From the NCBI GenBank assembly GCA_035285465.1, contig JAYKHC010000012.1, positions 21,565-85,564 on the forward strand: DNA of 64,000 nt, in the 5' to 3' direction. Numbering within the stretch: the stretch's first letter is position 1; each line of letters begins with the position of its first letter. The position numbers and the translations under genes are program-made. The notes under the pieces are model-generated. The model made no database searches. It worked only from the letters and a program-made list of their open reading frames with translations, and was not told where the DNA came from. The DNA comes from Cyanobacteriota bacterium (GTDB lineage Bacteria > Cyanobacteriota > Cyanobacteriia > PCC-6307 > Cyanobiaceae). Positions 39,525 to 47,870 of this stretch are shown one piece after another.

Positions 39525-40490
39525 ATGACGCCGGACCACCCTTCTGTTGTGGACGCCGATGCGTTCACCCTCCGTCGTCGACCACCCAGCGAGAAGCTGG
39601 TCGACCTTGGATTCCGCCAGTTGACGCTGGGGCTGGCCTCCATCGTGGCCTTGTTGCTGGTGGGAATTTTCTACACGGTTTACCAAGGTTCCGTCGAGGC
39701 CTTCCAGGCCTTCGGCTTCCGTTTCCTGATCACCTCGAGCTGGGATCCCGTCAACGAGACCTATGGCGCCTTTGTGGCCATCTACGGAACCCTGGTGTCG
39801 TCGCTGCTCGCCCTGGCGATCGCCGTTCCTCTGGGCGTCGGCACGGCGATCTTCATCACCGAGGATCTGATCCCGAGGGCCATGCGGGAAACGATCGGAC
39901 TGATGGTTGAGCTGCTGGCCGCCATCCCCTCCGTGGTGCTGGGTCTCTGGGCGATTTTCGTGATGGAGCCGGCCATTCGTCCGGCGCTGGAGCTGCTTCA
40001 CAGGGTGCTGGGCTGGTCGCCGTTCTTTGCCACGGTTCCCCAGGGCCCAGGGATGGCTCCGGCCATTCTGATTCTGGTGGTGATGGTGCTTCCGATCATC
40101 ACCTCGATTTCCAGGGATGCCCTCAACCAGGTGCCTGCAGAACTTCGCCAGGGCGCTTATGGCGTGGGCACCACCCGCTGGGGGGCGATTTTCAGTGTGA
40201 TCCTGCCGGCGGCCATTTCAGCCATCACCGGTGGCGTGATGCTGGCCCTGGGAAGGGCTATGGGTGAAACGATGGCGGTCACGATGATCATCGGTAACTC
40301 GTTGAATTTCAACCTGTCCCTTCTTTCACCTGGCAACACAATTGCCTCCATGTTGGCCAATCAGTTCGGTGAAGCCGATGGCATTCAGGTATCAGCTCTG
40401 ATGTATGCGGCGCTGGTGCTGATGCTGCTCACATTGGTTGTTAACGTCTGCGCCCAATGGGTTGTGCGACGACTGAGCCTGCGTTACTGA
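39525..40490 (+). CDS. pstC: Phosphate ABC transporter permease PstC
   Basis: 321 aa, multi-TM. PstC-type EAA-loop region (SISRDALNQVPAELRQGAYGVGTTRW). Confidence 0.9.
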   Translation: MTPDHPSVVDADAFTLRRRPPSEKLVDLGFRQLTLGLASIVALLLVGIFYTVYQGSVEAFQAFGFRFLITSSWDPVNETYGAFVAIYGTLVSSLLALAIAVPLGVGTAIFITEDLIPRAMRETIGLMVELLAAIPSVVLGLWAIFVMEPAIRPALELLHRVLGWSPFFATVPQGPGMAPAILILVVMVLPIITSISRDALNQVPAELRQGAYGVGTTRWGAIFSVILPAAISAITGGVMLALGRAMGETMAVTMIIGNSLNFNLSLLSPGNTIASMLANQFGEADGIQVSALMYAALVLMLLTLVVNVCAQWVVRRLSLRY

Positions 40491-40498
40491 GCTTCTCG

Positions 40499-41419
40499 AT
40501 GTCAATGATCCCCCCCACCTCTGTTCAGATCAGCAGCTCCGATCTTTTTGATCGCCGGCCCCTGATCTTCAATCCAAATCTTCGACGCAATCGGTTAAAT
40601 CAGATGTTCACCAGTATCGCGGGATTGTTTTCCGTGATAGCGGTTCTGCCCTTGTTTCTGGTGATTCTCTACGTTCTGGTTCAGGGTGGGCGGCTGATCA
40701 GCCCAACACTCCTCACCCAGCTGCCGCCAGCGCCGGGACTGGATGGCGGCGGAATTGGCAACGCGATTGTGGGCACCCTGCTGGTCACCTTGATCGCCTC
40801 CGCGGTGGCGATTCCAGTTGGCCTGGGAGGTGGAATCTACCTCTGCGAATACGCAAAGAACAATTGGTTTTCGCAGTTTGTTCGCTTTGGCAATGACATC
40901 CTGGCCGGAGTTCCTTCTATTATTTGCGGGGTTTTTATCTATGGAGCCATCGTAGCTACGCGCGTTTTGTTTGACCAGAGCTACAGCGCTGTTGCCGGTG
41001 GTCTCGCCCTGGCTGTGCTGATGCTTCCCACGGTGATCAAGACAACCGATGAGGGCCTCAAGCTGGTGAGCCAGGATCTGCGCTGGGGGGCCTACGGGGT
41101 AGGAGCCTCAAAATTTGTCACCATTCTCAGGATCACCCTGCCTGCCGCATTCTCCTCAATCGCCACCGGAGTTGTGCTTGGAATTGCCAGGGCCGCAGGA
41201 GAGACAGCTCCGCTGATTTTCACCGCCTTGTTTTCGCCTTTCTGGCCAGAAGGAATATTCAATCCGATCGCAACAATGAGCGTGCTGATTTTCAATTTTG
41301 CAATCATGCCTTACCCCGCCCAGAACGCCTTGGCCTGGGCCGCTTCGTTTGTGTTGGTGGTCATGATTCTGGCGGCCAACCTCACTGCGCGTTGGATCAG
41401 CCGGTTCACGCAGAGTTGA
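40499..41419 (+). CDS. pstA: Phosphate ABC transporter permease PstA
   Basis: The track ORF starts at 40457, inside pstC. ATG 40499/40505 (MSMIPPTSVQ...) is more likely. The EAA loop is TTDEGLKLVSQDLRWGAYGVGASKF. Confidence 0.9.
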   Translation: MSMIPPTSVQISSSDLFDRRPLIFNPNLRRNRLNQMFTSIAGLFSVIAVLPLFLVILYVLVQGGRLISPTLLTQLPPAPGLDGGGIGNAIVGTLLVTLIASAVAIPVGLGGGIYLCEYAKNNWFSQFVRFGNDILAGVPSIICGVFIYGAIVATRVLFDQSYSAVAGGLALAVLMLPTVIKTTDEGLKLVSQDLRWGAYGVGASKFVTILRITLPAAFSSIATGVVLGIARAAGETAPLIFTALFSPFWPEGIFNPIATMSVLIFNFAIMPYPAQNALAWAASFVLVVMILAANLTARWISRFTQS

Positions 41420-41485
41420 GCTGCCCTTGAGGCGGTCTTCCAGCTTCTCACTCATCATTTCCGACTCACCTTTCTTCTCTCTCCT

Positions 41486-42313
41486 GTGATGACCAACCGC
41501 CTCTCCGCCACCACGATGCCTACACCGGTTTCCAGCAGCATCTGCATGTCACTGCAGGACGTCACCATCAGCTACGGAAAATTCGCTGCCGTCCGCAGCG
41601 TCTTCATGGACCTGCCCAGAGGCAAGGTGACGGCATTCATCGGTCCTTCAGGCTGCGGAAAAAGCACGGTGCTCCGCGCCTTGAACAGGATGAATGATCT
41701 CATTCCCGGTTGCACTCTGAAAGGACGGGTGATTTTTGATGGCCACGACCTCTATGACAGGCGCATCGATCCGGTGGAGGTTCGCCGACGCATTGGCATG
41801 GTGTTCCAGAAGCCCAACCCATTCCCAAAGACCATCTATGAAAACATAGCTTTTGGAGCAAGGATCAATGGCTACCGCGGTGACATGGATGAACTGGTTG
41901 AACGTTCACTTCGCAAGGCAGCGGTGTGGGATGAATGCAAAGACAAGCTCAATCAAAGCGGTCTGGCCTTGTCGGGTGGGCAGCAGCAGCGACTCTGCAT
42001 CGCTCGAGCGATTGCCACGGAGCCCGAAGTGATTCTGATGGATGAACCCTGTTCAGCCCTCGACCCGATCTCCACCTTGAAGATTGAAGAAACCATGCAT
42101 GAGCTCAAGCGCAGCTACACCATCATGATTGTGACCCACAACATGCAGCAGGCGGTTCGCGTTGCCGACATGACAGCCTTCTTCAATGCCGAGGCCGTCG
42201 AGGGCGGCAGTGGCAAGATCGGTTATCTGGTGGAATTCAACGAAACGGAACGTATTTTCAACGCTCCCCGCGAAAAAGCCACCCAGGATTACGTCAGCGG
42301 CCGTTTCGGATGA
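41486..42313 (+). CDS. pstB: Phosphate ABC transporter ATP-binding protein PstB
   Basis: 275 aa. Walker A (GPSGCGKST), ABC signature ([14 protein letters not shown]) and Walker B ([11 protein letters not shown]). The PstB-specific ending is ...[10 protein letters not shown]. Confidence 0.95.
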   Translation: MMTNRLSATTMPTPVSSSICMSLQDVTISYGKFAAVRSVFMDLPRGKVTAFIGPSGCGKSTVLRALNRMNDLIPGCTLKGRVIFDGHDLYDRRIDPVEVRRRIGMVFQKPNPFPKTIYENIAFGARINGYRGDMDELVERSLRKAAVWDECKDKLNQSGLALSGGQQQRLCIARAIATEPEVILMDEPCSALDPISTLKIEETMHELKRSYTIMIVTHNMQQAVRVADMTAFFNAEAVEGGSGKIGYLVEFNETERIFNAPREKATQDYVSGRFG

Positions 42314-42352
42314 ACGGGCCTTTCCGGATGGAACAGCAGGTGGGCCATCAGC

Positions 42353-42378
42353 AAAAAAAATCCGGCCCTGGGACCGGA
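42353..42378 (-). terminator. Rho-independent terminator following tRNA-Ser
   Basis: The minus strand reads TCCGGTCCCAGGGCCGGA (an inverted repeat) followed directly by TTTTTTTT, beginning 7 nt after the tRNA 3' end. Confidence 0.6.
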
Positions 42379-42384
42379 GATCAA

Positions 42385-42471
42385 CGGAGAGGGAGGGATT
42401 CGAACCCTCGATAGAGTTGCCCCTATACAGCATTTCCAGTGCTGCGCCTTCGACCACTCGGCCACCTCTCC
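42385..42471 (-). tRNA. tRNA-Ser (anticodon GGA)
   Basis: I folded the 87-nt reverse-strand sequence by hand. Acceptor GGAGAGG/CCTCTCC, D-arm GCC-GAGTGGTCGAA-GGC, anticodon stem CAGCA/TGCTG with loop CTGGAAA, a long variable arm (TATAGGGGCAACTCTATC), T-arm GAGGG-TTCGAAT-CCCTC and discriminator G. No encoded CCA. Confidence 0.9.
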
Positions 42472-42519
42472 ACAAGAAGCAGACCGGGGCAACAGAATGA
42501 GAATCTAGCAGCCGGCCCG

Positions 42520-42888
42520 ATGACCCACACTTACCCGATCACGGTTCACTGGCGACAGGCCGGGCGCACGATCACCCATCAGGTGCGCGAGGGTGAGTCG
42601 ATTCTTGAAAGCTTTGAGCGTCAGGGCGACCCGCTGCCGTTCAGCTGCCGTCAGGGCTGCTGCACAGCCTGCGCTGTCCGTGTGTTGCAGGGCAGAATCG
42701 ATGAGCGTCACTCTCTCGGCCTGTCAAGAGACCTGAGAGAGCGTGGTTATGGCCTGCTGTGCGTGGCGAGGGCCCTCGGGCCTCTGGTTGTGGAGACCCA
42801 GGATGAGGATGAGGTCTATGAGCTTCAGTTCGGGCGGCACTTCGCCCGTGGCAGGGTGCGTTCGGGCCTTCCGCTGGATGAGGAGTGA
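42520..42888 (+). CDS. Plant-type [2Fe-2S] ferredoxin-like protein
   Basis: ATG 42520 (MTHTYPITVHW...). Cluster ligands are CRQGCCTACAV ... GLLCVA (Cx4Cx2C...C). The track ORF's earlier start lies inside the tRNA gene. Confidence 0.85.
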   Translation: MTHTYPITVHWRQAGRTITHQVREGESILESFERQGDPLPFSCRQGCCTACAVRVLQGRIDERHSLGLSRDLRERGYGLLCVARALGPLVVETQDEDEVYELQFGRHFARGRVRSGLPLDEE

Positions 42889-43769
42889 TGCTTCGATCAG
42901 ACCGGTGCGCCGATGCCAGTGGCCTCAGCAGCACAGACCTTGAACGACTCACGGATCTGGCCCGCCGGGCAGCCGAAACAGGTGGGGCCCGGTTGCTTGA
43001 GTTCTATGGGCGCCTCGAGCGGATCCGGGAGAAGGGGAGACCCGGAGATCTGGTCACCGAGGCCGATACCGCTGCCGAAGCGGCTGTTCTGGAACTGCTC
43101 GAGAGGGAGACTCCCCAGATCGGGATCCTGGCCGAGGAAAGCGGTCGTCGCTCAAGGCCAGGAGATCTCGAGTGGGTGGTGGATCCCCTGGACGGTACAA
43201 CCAACTATGCCCATGGCTATCCCTTCTTCGCCACCTCGGTGGGACTCTGCTGGCAAGGCCAGCCACTGCTGGGGGCCCTGGCGGTTCCGGCCCTTCAGGA
43301 GTCGTACTGGGCGGCCGCTCAGGCGGGGGCCTGGTGCAACGACCGCCAGCTGCAGGTGAGCTGCTGCCGGAGTCTGCGTGACTCCTTGCTCGTGACCGGG
43401 TTCGCCTATGACCGCCAGATCCGTCTGGACAACAACTACGCCGAATTTGCCTATTTCACGCACCGAACCCAGGGAGTCCGTCGGGCCGGTGCGGCTTCGG
43501 TTGATCTCGCTTTCGTGGCCGCCGGACGCTGCGACGGCTACTGGGAGCGGGGGCTGTCGCCCTGGGACCTTGCGGCGGGCGTCGTGCTGGTGGAACAGGC
43601 CGGCGGTCGGGTGAGTGCCTACGACGGATCAGATCTTGACCTCAACAGCGGTCGTCTGATCGCCTGCACCCCCGGGATCCATTCCGAGATCGTTGCCGGC
43701 CTCAGGGAATCAGTTCCTGTACCCGGGCGCTGTTTCGGTGCTGCTGAGCTCGACCCGCCTGCTCCATAG
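42885..43769 (+). CDS. Inositol monophosphatase family protein (SuhB/HisN-like)
   Basis: 294 aa. The IMPase metal motifs are VTEADTAAE, WVVDPLDGTTNYAHG and the C-terminal WDLAAGVVLVEQAGG. The GTG/ATG start overlaps the ferredoxin stop (GTGATG). Confidence 0.85.
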   Translation: MMLRSDRCADASGLSSTDLERLTDLARRAAETGGARLLEFYGRLERIREKGRPGDLVTEADTAAEAAVLELLERETPQIGILAEESGRRSRPGDLEWVVDPLDGTTNYAHGYPFFATSVGLCWQGQPLLGALAVPALQESYWAAAQAGAWCNDRQLQVSCCRSLRDSLLVTGFAYDRQIRLDNNYAEFAYFTHRTQGVRRAGAASVDLAFVAAGRCDGYWERGLSPWDLAAGVVLVEQAGGRVSAYDGSDLDLNSGRLIACTPGIHSEIVAGLRESVPVPGRCFGAAELDPPAP

Positions 43770-43797
43770 GAGGATCGTCGCTCTCTGCTTCGCACCG

Positions 43798-45006
43798 ATG
43801 GCTCTCCAACCTGCCACCGGCGTCAGGGATCTCAACCCAGGAGAAGTCGAACGCAACCGACGCCTCTGTGATGAACTCTCCCGTGTCTACCGACTCTGGG
43901 GCTACAGGCAGGTCGCCCCACCCACGGTTGAGCGAGCCGATACCCTCCGGGCTGGCGGAGGCATTGATGAGCGGGAGATCGTGCGTCTTGTGAGTGGCGA
44001 GCCTCTGGGTCTGCGTCCTGAACTCACCGCCCCGATCGCCAGAGCGGCCTGCACCCGGCTGCTCGATCAGCCCAGGCCCCTGCGGCTCTGGAGTGAAGGC
44101 ACCATCTATCGCAGCTTTCCAGCGGATTCACCGCCTCGGATCCAGGAGCAGCTTCAGAGTGGAGTGGAACTCCTCGGGGATCCATCGGCAGCCGCTGATG
44201 CCGAACTCCTGAGATTGCTTCTGGCTGCTGCCTGCCGCCTGGGCCTGAGCGCCGAACATCAGCCCAGGCTCCTGCTGAGTCACCACGGCCTGCTCAGCCT
44301 GCTGCTCGACCAGGTTCCAACGGCCCAGCGTCAGGAGGTGCGTGCAGCGCTGTGCAGCCTGGATTCGATCGCGCTGGCCTCGTTGCCCCTGCCGCCATCC
44401 CAGTGCAGCTGGCTGGAGACCCTCCATCGTCTTCGGGGGGAGCCAGTCCACGTGCTGGCGGAGCTCAACCAATGGCTCGGGGATCATCCGCTCCTGGATC
44501 AACTGAGCTCCACTCTTGATCCTGTGATTCAGGTGGCTGCCGCCCAGGGGGTGCGCCTGCAGCTCGACCCCACATTCCAACCTCATTTCGCCTTGTATGA
44601 CGGGCTTGTGCTCAAACTTGTCTGCCAGGGGGCTCACGCGCCGATTGAAATCGCCAGCGGTGGCCGCTACGACGCTCTGGTGGGCCGTTTCTGGGGGGGA
44701 GGCGTAGGTCAGCAGGGCCAGAGCAGCGGCATGGCCACGGGTGTCGGCTTCGGCTTCGATATCGACGCCCTGCGAGAACTGCCGGGGTTGGGAGAAGCCA
44801 TTCATCCGCAGGACCAGCGCCGGCTGGTGGCGTTCAGTGCCGAAACCGGTCTGTCGAAAGCCCTGCGGGAGCTGGAAGGCTGCCATCGCCGTGGTGAGGT
44901 GGCCGAGCTCCACGGCAAGCCCCTGAGCCACCCCGCGGAAGCCGAGGCCCTGGCAGCCGCCAGAGGTTGCAGCGCCTGGACCTTCCTCCAGGATGAGCCT
45001 CCTTAG
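43798..45006 (+). CDS. hisZ: ATP phosphoribosyltransferase regulatory subunit HisZ
   Basis: ATG 43798 (MALQPATGVRDLNPGEVERNRRLCDELSRVYRLWGYRQVAPPTVE), a HisRS-like class II core lacking an anticodon-binding domain. About 400 aa, as expected for HisZ. Confidence 0.82.
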   Translation: MALQPATGVRDLNPGEVERNRRLCDELSRVYRLWGYRQVAPPTVERADTLRAGGGIDEREIVRLVSGEPLGLRPELTAPIARAACTRLLDQPRPLRLWSEGTIYRSFPADSPPRIQEQLQSGVELLGDPSAAADAELLRLLLAAACRLGLSAEHQPRLLLSHHGLLSLLLDQVPTAQRQEVRAALCSLDSIALASLPLPPSQCSWLETLHRLRGEPVHVLAELNQWLGDHPLLDQLSSTLDPVIQVAAAQGVRLQLDPTFQPHFALYDGLVLKLVCQGAHAPIEIASGGRYDALVGRFWGGGVGQQGQSSGMATGVGFGFDIDALRELPGLGEAIHPQDQRRLVAFSAETGLSKALRELEGCHRRGEVAELHGKPLSHPAEAEALAAARGCSAWTFLQDEPP

Positions 45007-45033
45007 GATCCGTGGGAAGCGTTGATTCCGGCC

Positions 45034-45261
45034 ATGGCCCACACCATTGTGAGTGACCAGTGCGAAGGGGTGGCCGATTGCGTTGATGCCTGTCCGGTGG
45101 CCTGCATTCAGCCTGGATCAGGAGCCAACCGAAAGGGAACACCCTTTTACTGGATCGACTTCGACACCTGCATCGACTGCGGCATCTGTCTGCAGGTCTG
45201 TCCGGTCAGCGGCGCCATCCTCGCGGAGGAACGGCCCGATCTGCAGAGAAAACCCTCATAG
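45034..45261 (+). CDS. Small [4Fe-4S]-type dicluster ferredoxin
   Basis: ATG 45034 (MAHTIVSDQCEGVADCVDACPVACI ... CIDCGICLQVCPVSG). One CxxCxxCxxxCP motif plus a Cx5Cx3CP motif. Confidence 0.85.
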   Translation: MAHTIVSDQCEGVADCVDACPVACIQPGSGANRKGTPFYWIDFDTCIDCGICLQVCPVSGAILAEERPDLQRKPS

Positions 45262-45372
45262 AGACGTTGTGCGCTCGGTACTGCAGCAGATCCGCCGAAC
45301 CTGCCGGCCGCTCGCTGGTCGCTGGGTTCAGTGGGGAGGCAAACCCGCGACGGTTTCTGACCGTGCCGACCG

Positions 45373-45681
45373 ATGAACACGCAGCGCTGTCAGACCTGCA
45401 GCCACTGGGATCAGAACCACGGACTGGAGATGACCAATCTCGGTTCGATCGCTCCCTGCACCCGCCATGCTCCCAGCCGGTTCGCCTTGACGATGGTGGA
45501 GCTCAGCTCCGCTGGCCTCACCTTTTCAGCCGATCCTCCGGCGAGGGTTCCCGCTGAAATGGAGCTGCCCATGGCGATCTGGCCTTACACGGGCCGAAAC
45601 CAGATCTGCGGCGACTACCAGCCCTGTGACCTTGAGGAGAACGTACGCCGCAACCGGCAAAGGGCGGCTCCGCTGAGCTGA
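45373..45681 (+). CDS. Hypothetical Cys-containing protein
   Basis: 102 aa. N-terminal CxxC (MNTQRCQTCSHWD) plus three further Cys residues. Reading the codons by eye, the third positions are overwhelmingly G/C, which supports this frame over the overlapping 45267-45557 ORF. Confidence 0.45.
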   Translation: MNTQRCQTCSHWDQNHGLEMTNLGSIAPCTRHAPSRFALTMVELSSAGLTFSADPPARVPAEMELPMAIWPYTGRNQICGDYQPCDLEENVRRNRQRAAPLS

Positions 45682-45769
45682 GGCTGGTCGGTTTCCTGCC
45701 CATGCCAGAGCTTGGCGAGGGTGCCTGCCTCGCGAGAGATTGGAGAGAAGTCCTCAGGGTGCTCCGGCG

Positions 45770-47689
45770 GTGCTGCAAGCGGAAAAGGGTCAGATTCAGA
45801 TCCACACCGAAAACATTTTCCCGATCATCAAGAAGGCCGTCTACAGCGGCCACGAAGTCTTTCTCAGGGAGTTGGTCAGCAATGGCGTGGATGCGATCAG
45901 CAAACGGCGCATGGCTGCCATGGGCGGCGATTGTCTTGAGGGGCCCGAGGGCACCATCCAGATCCGGATCAATCGTGAGGCTGGAACACTGACGATCTCA
46001 GATAATGGCATCGGCATGAGTGCTGATGAGGTCAAGCGTTATATCAACCAGGTTGCCTTTTCAAGCGCGGAAGACTTTCTTGAAAAATACAAGAGTGAAA
46101 GCGATGCCATCATCGGCCATTTCGGCCTTGGCTTCTATTCCAGCTTCATGGTTGCCAAGCAGGTCGAATTAATCACCCTTTCAGCGCGGGAGGGTGCCGA
46201 GGCGGTGCGCTGGAGCTGTGATGGATCGCCCAGTTTTCAGCTTGAACCGGCAGAACGGAGCGAACCGGGAACCGACGTCGTGCTTCACCTCATGGAAGAG
46301 GAGCTTGAATATATTGAGCCCGCACGGATACGCACCCTGATCACAACATACTGCGACTTCCTGCCGGTCGCAGTACAGCTGGAAGGAGAGACCGTCAATA
46401 AGCGTGAATCCGCCTGGCGCAAAAGCCCAGGCGAACTCAGCGACAACGATTACATAGAACTATACCGCTACCTCTATCCCTTCCAAGGCGATCCGCTGCT
46501 CTGGGTTCACCTGAAGACAGACTATCCCTACCATTTGCAAGGTATCTTATTCTTTCCAAAATCAACGGGTCGCGCCGATTGGGAGAAGGGAGAAATCAAA
46601 CTCTACTGCAACAACGTCTTTGTCAGTGATTCCATCAAAGAAGTTGTTCCTCGCTACCTCCTGCCTCTTCGTGGGGTCATCGATTCGCCGGACATCCCAC
46701 TCAACGTCAGTCGCTCTGCATTACAGACAGACCGTCGCGTTCGATCGATCGGTGGTTTTGTGGCCAAGAAAGTGGCCGATCGACTCAAGCAGCTTCATCG
46801 TGATGAGCCCACACGCTATGCCGAGAGCTGGGAATCTCTCGCACCCTTCATCAAGATCGGCGCCATGGAGGATGAGAAGTTCGCTGATCAGGTGGCTGAC
46901 ATCGTCCTTTTCGGGACGACGGCCGCTGCTCTGGAAGATGGGCCTGGTGAAGGTCAGATCCTCGATCCGGTTGCCGCTGAGAATGGCAGCACATTCACCA
47001 CGCTCGCGGGATACCGCAGCCGCCTGAAGCCGGATCACGACAAACGCATTCTGTATTGCACCGACGAAGCCGGTCAGGCCGGTCCCCTCTCCCTCTGGAA
47101 GAGCCAGGGTGAAGAGGTTCTGCTGGCTGACACCTTCATTGATACCCAGTTCATTCCCTGGCTGGAGTATCGCCATAGCGAACTGAAGTTTCAACGCGTT
47201 GACAGCGAACTGGATGACTCACTTCAGGAGAAGGAAAGTGAACTCAGCGATGCTGCGGGCAAAGACGCCAGCGAGAGGATCCGTGAGCTGTTCAAGGCCG
47301 CTCTCGACGATGACAAGGTGACCATCCAGGTGCAGGCCCTCAAAGCCGACGACGCTCCGGCAGCCCTGATCCTTCTGCCGGAACAGATGCGACGCATCAA
47401 CGACATGGGTGCCTTGATGGAGCAGCGTCTGCCCGGTCTCCCTGACCACCACGTTCTGTTGGTGAACCGCCGGCATCGACTGGTGGACGGGCTTCTGAAA
47501 CTGGCGGCCGGATCAGTGATCACCTCAGCAGGAGCCCATTCACCCAGCCAGCAGCTGGCGGATGAGCTCAGCCGTCATCTCTATGAGCTCGCCCGGCTCG
47601 CGGTGGGCGGCCTGGAGCCCAACCAGCTGGCTGGCTTCCAACAGCGCAGCGCCGATCTGATGGGCCGACTGATGGAGCGGGGCCTTTGA
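45770..47689 (+). CDS. htpG: Molecular chaperone HtpG (Hsp90)
   Basis: In-frame GTG 45770 (M-LQAEKGQIQIHTENIFPIIKKAVYSGHEVFLRELVSNGVDAI, the GHKL ATPase N-terminus). DNGIGM, GHFGLGFYSSFMVA. TTG 45740 is the track start. Confidence 0.95.
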   Translation: MLQAEKGQIQIHTENIFPIIKKAVYSGHEVFLRELVSNGVDAISKRRMAAMGGDCLEGPEGTIQIRINREAGTLTISDNGIGMSADEVKRYINQVAFSSAEDFLEKYKSESDAIIGHFGLGFYSSFMVAKQVELITLSAREGAEAVRWSCDGSPSFQLEPAERSEPGTDVVLHLMEEELEYIEPARIRTLITTYCDFLPVAVQLEGETVNKRESAWRKSPGELSDNDYIELYRYLYPFQGDPLLWVHLKTDYPYHLQGILFFPKSTGRADWEKGEIKLYCNNVFVSDSIKEVVPRYLLPLRGVIDSPDIPLNVSRSALQTDRRVRSIGGFVAKKVADRLKQLHRDEPTRYAESWESLAPFIKIGAMEDEKFADQVADIVLFGTTAAALEDGPGEGQILDPVAAENGSTFTTLAGYRSRLKPDHDKRILYCTDEAGQAGPLSLWKSQGEEVLLADTFIDTQFIPWLEYRHSELKFQRVDSELDDSLQEKESELSDAAGKDASERIRELFKAALDDDKVTIQVQALKADDAPAALILLPEQMRRINDMGALMEQRLPGLPDHHVLLVNRRHRLVDGLLKLAAGSVITSAGAHSPSQQLADELSRHLYELARLAVGGLEPNQLAGFQQRSADLMGRLMERGL

Positions 47690-47693
47690 ACAG

Positions 47694-47722
47694 TTGACAA
47701 GCCCTGGCCAGTACGAGATAGT
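47694..47722 (+). promoter_or_regulatory. Candidate sigma70-type promoter for ggpS (TTGACA-N17-GATAGT)
   Basis: TTGACA at 47694-47699, a 17-nt spacer, then GATAGT at 47717-47722, starting 5 nt after the htpG stop. It would give a leader of about 140 nt for ggpS. Confidence 0.3.
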
Positions 47723-47742
47723 GCTGGTACAGTTCCTGTTTT

Positions 47743-47783
47743 GGCACATCGCATGTGCGGCACATCCCCGCCCATGCGATGCC
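47743..47783 (+). other. Extended imperfect hairpin in the ggpS leader
   Basis: Hand-paired: 47747-47755 (CATCGCATG) with 47773-47781 (CATGCGATG), 9 bp. An inner stem pairs 47757-47760 (GCGG) with 47768-47771 (CCGC) around a 7-nt loop. An outer GG/CC pair follows a 2-nt bulge. GGCACATC occurs twice (47743 and 47759). No U-tract follows. Confidence 0.5.
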
Positions 47784-47870
47784 TGAAGTCCTCATCCTCC
47801 CTGATCGCTCAGATTAGTGTTACTGTTGCCAGCTCAGGATTGTTGAATCGATGTAATTCTCCTGAATAGC

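Noticed and set aside
45267-45557. A 96-aa ORF overlapping the 45373-45681 ORF in another frame.
   Set aside because: By eye, third-position G/C bias is much stronger in the 45373 frame. Its product is Arg/Ser/Pro-rich with no features.
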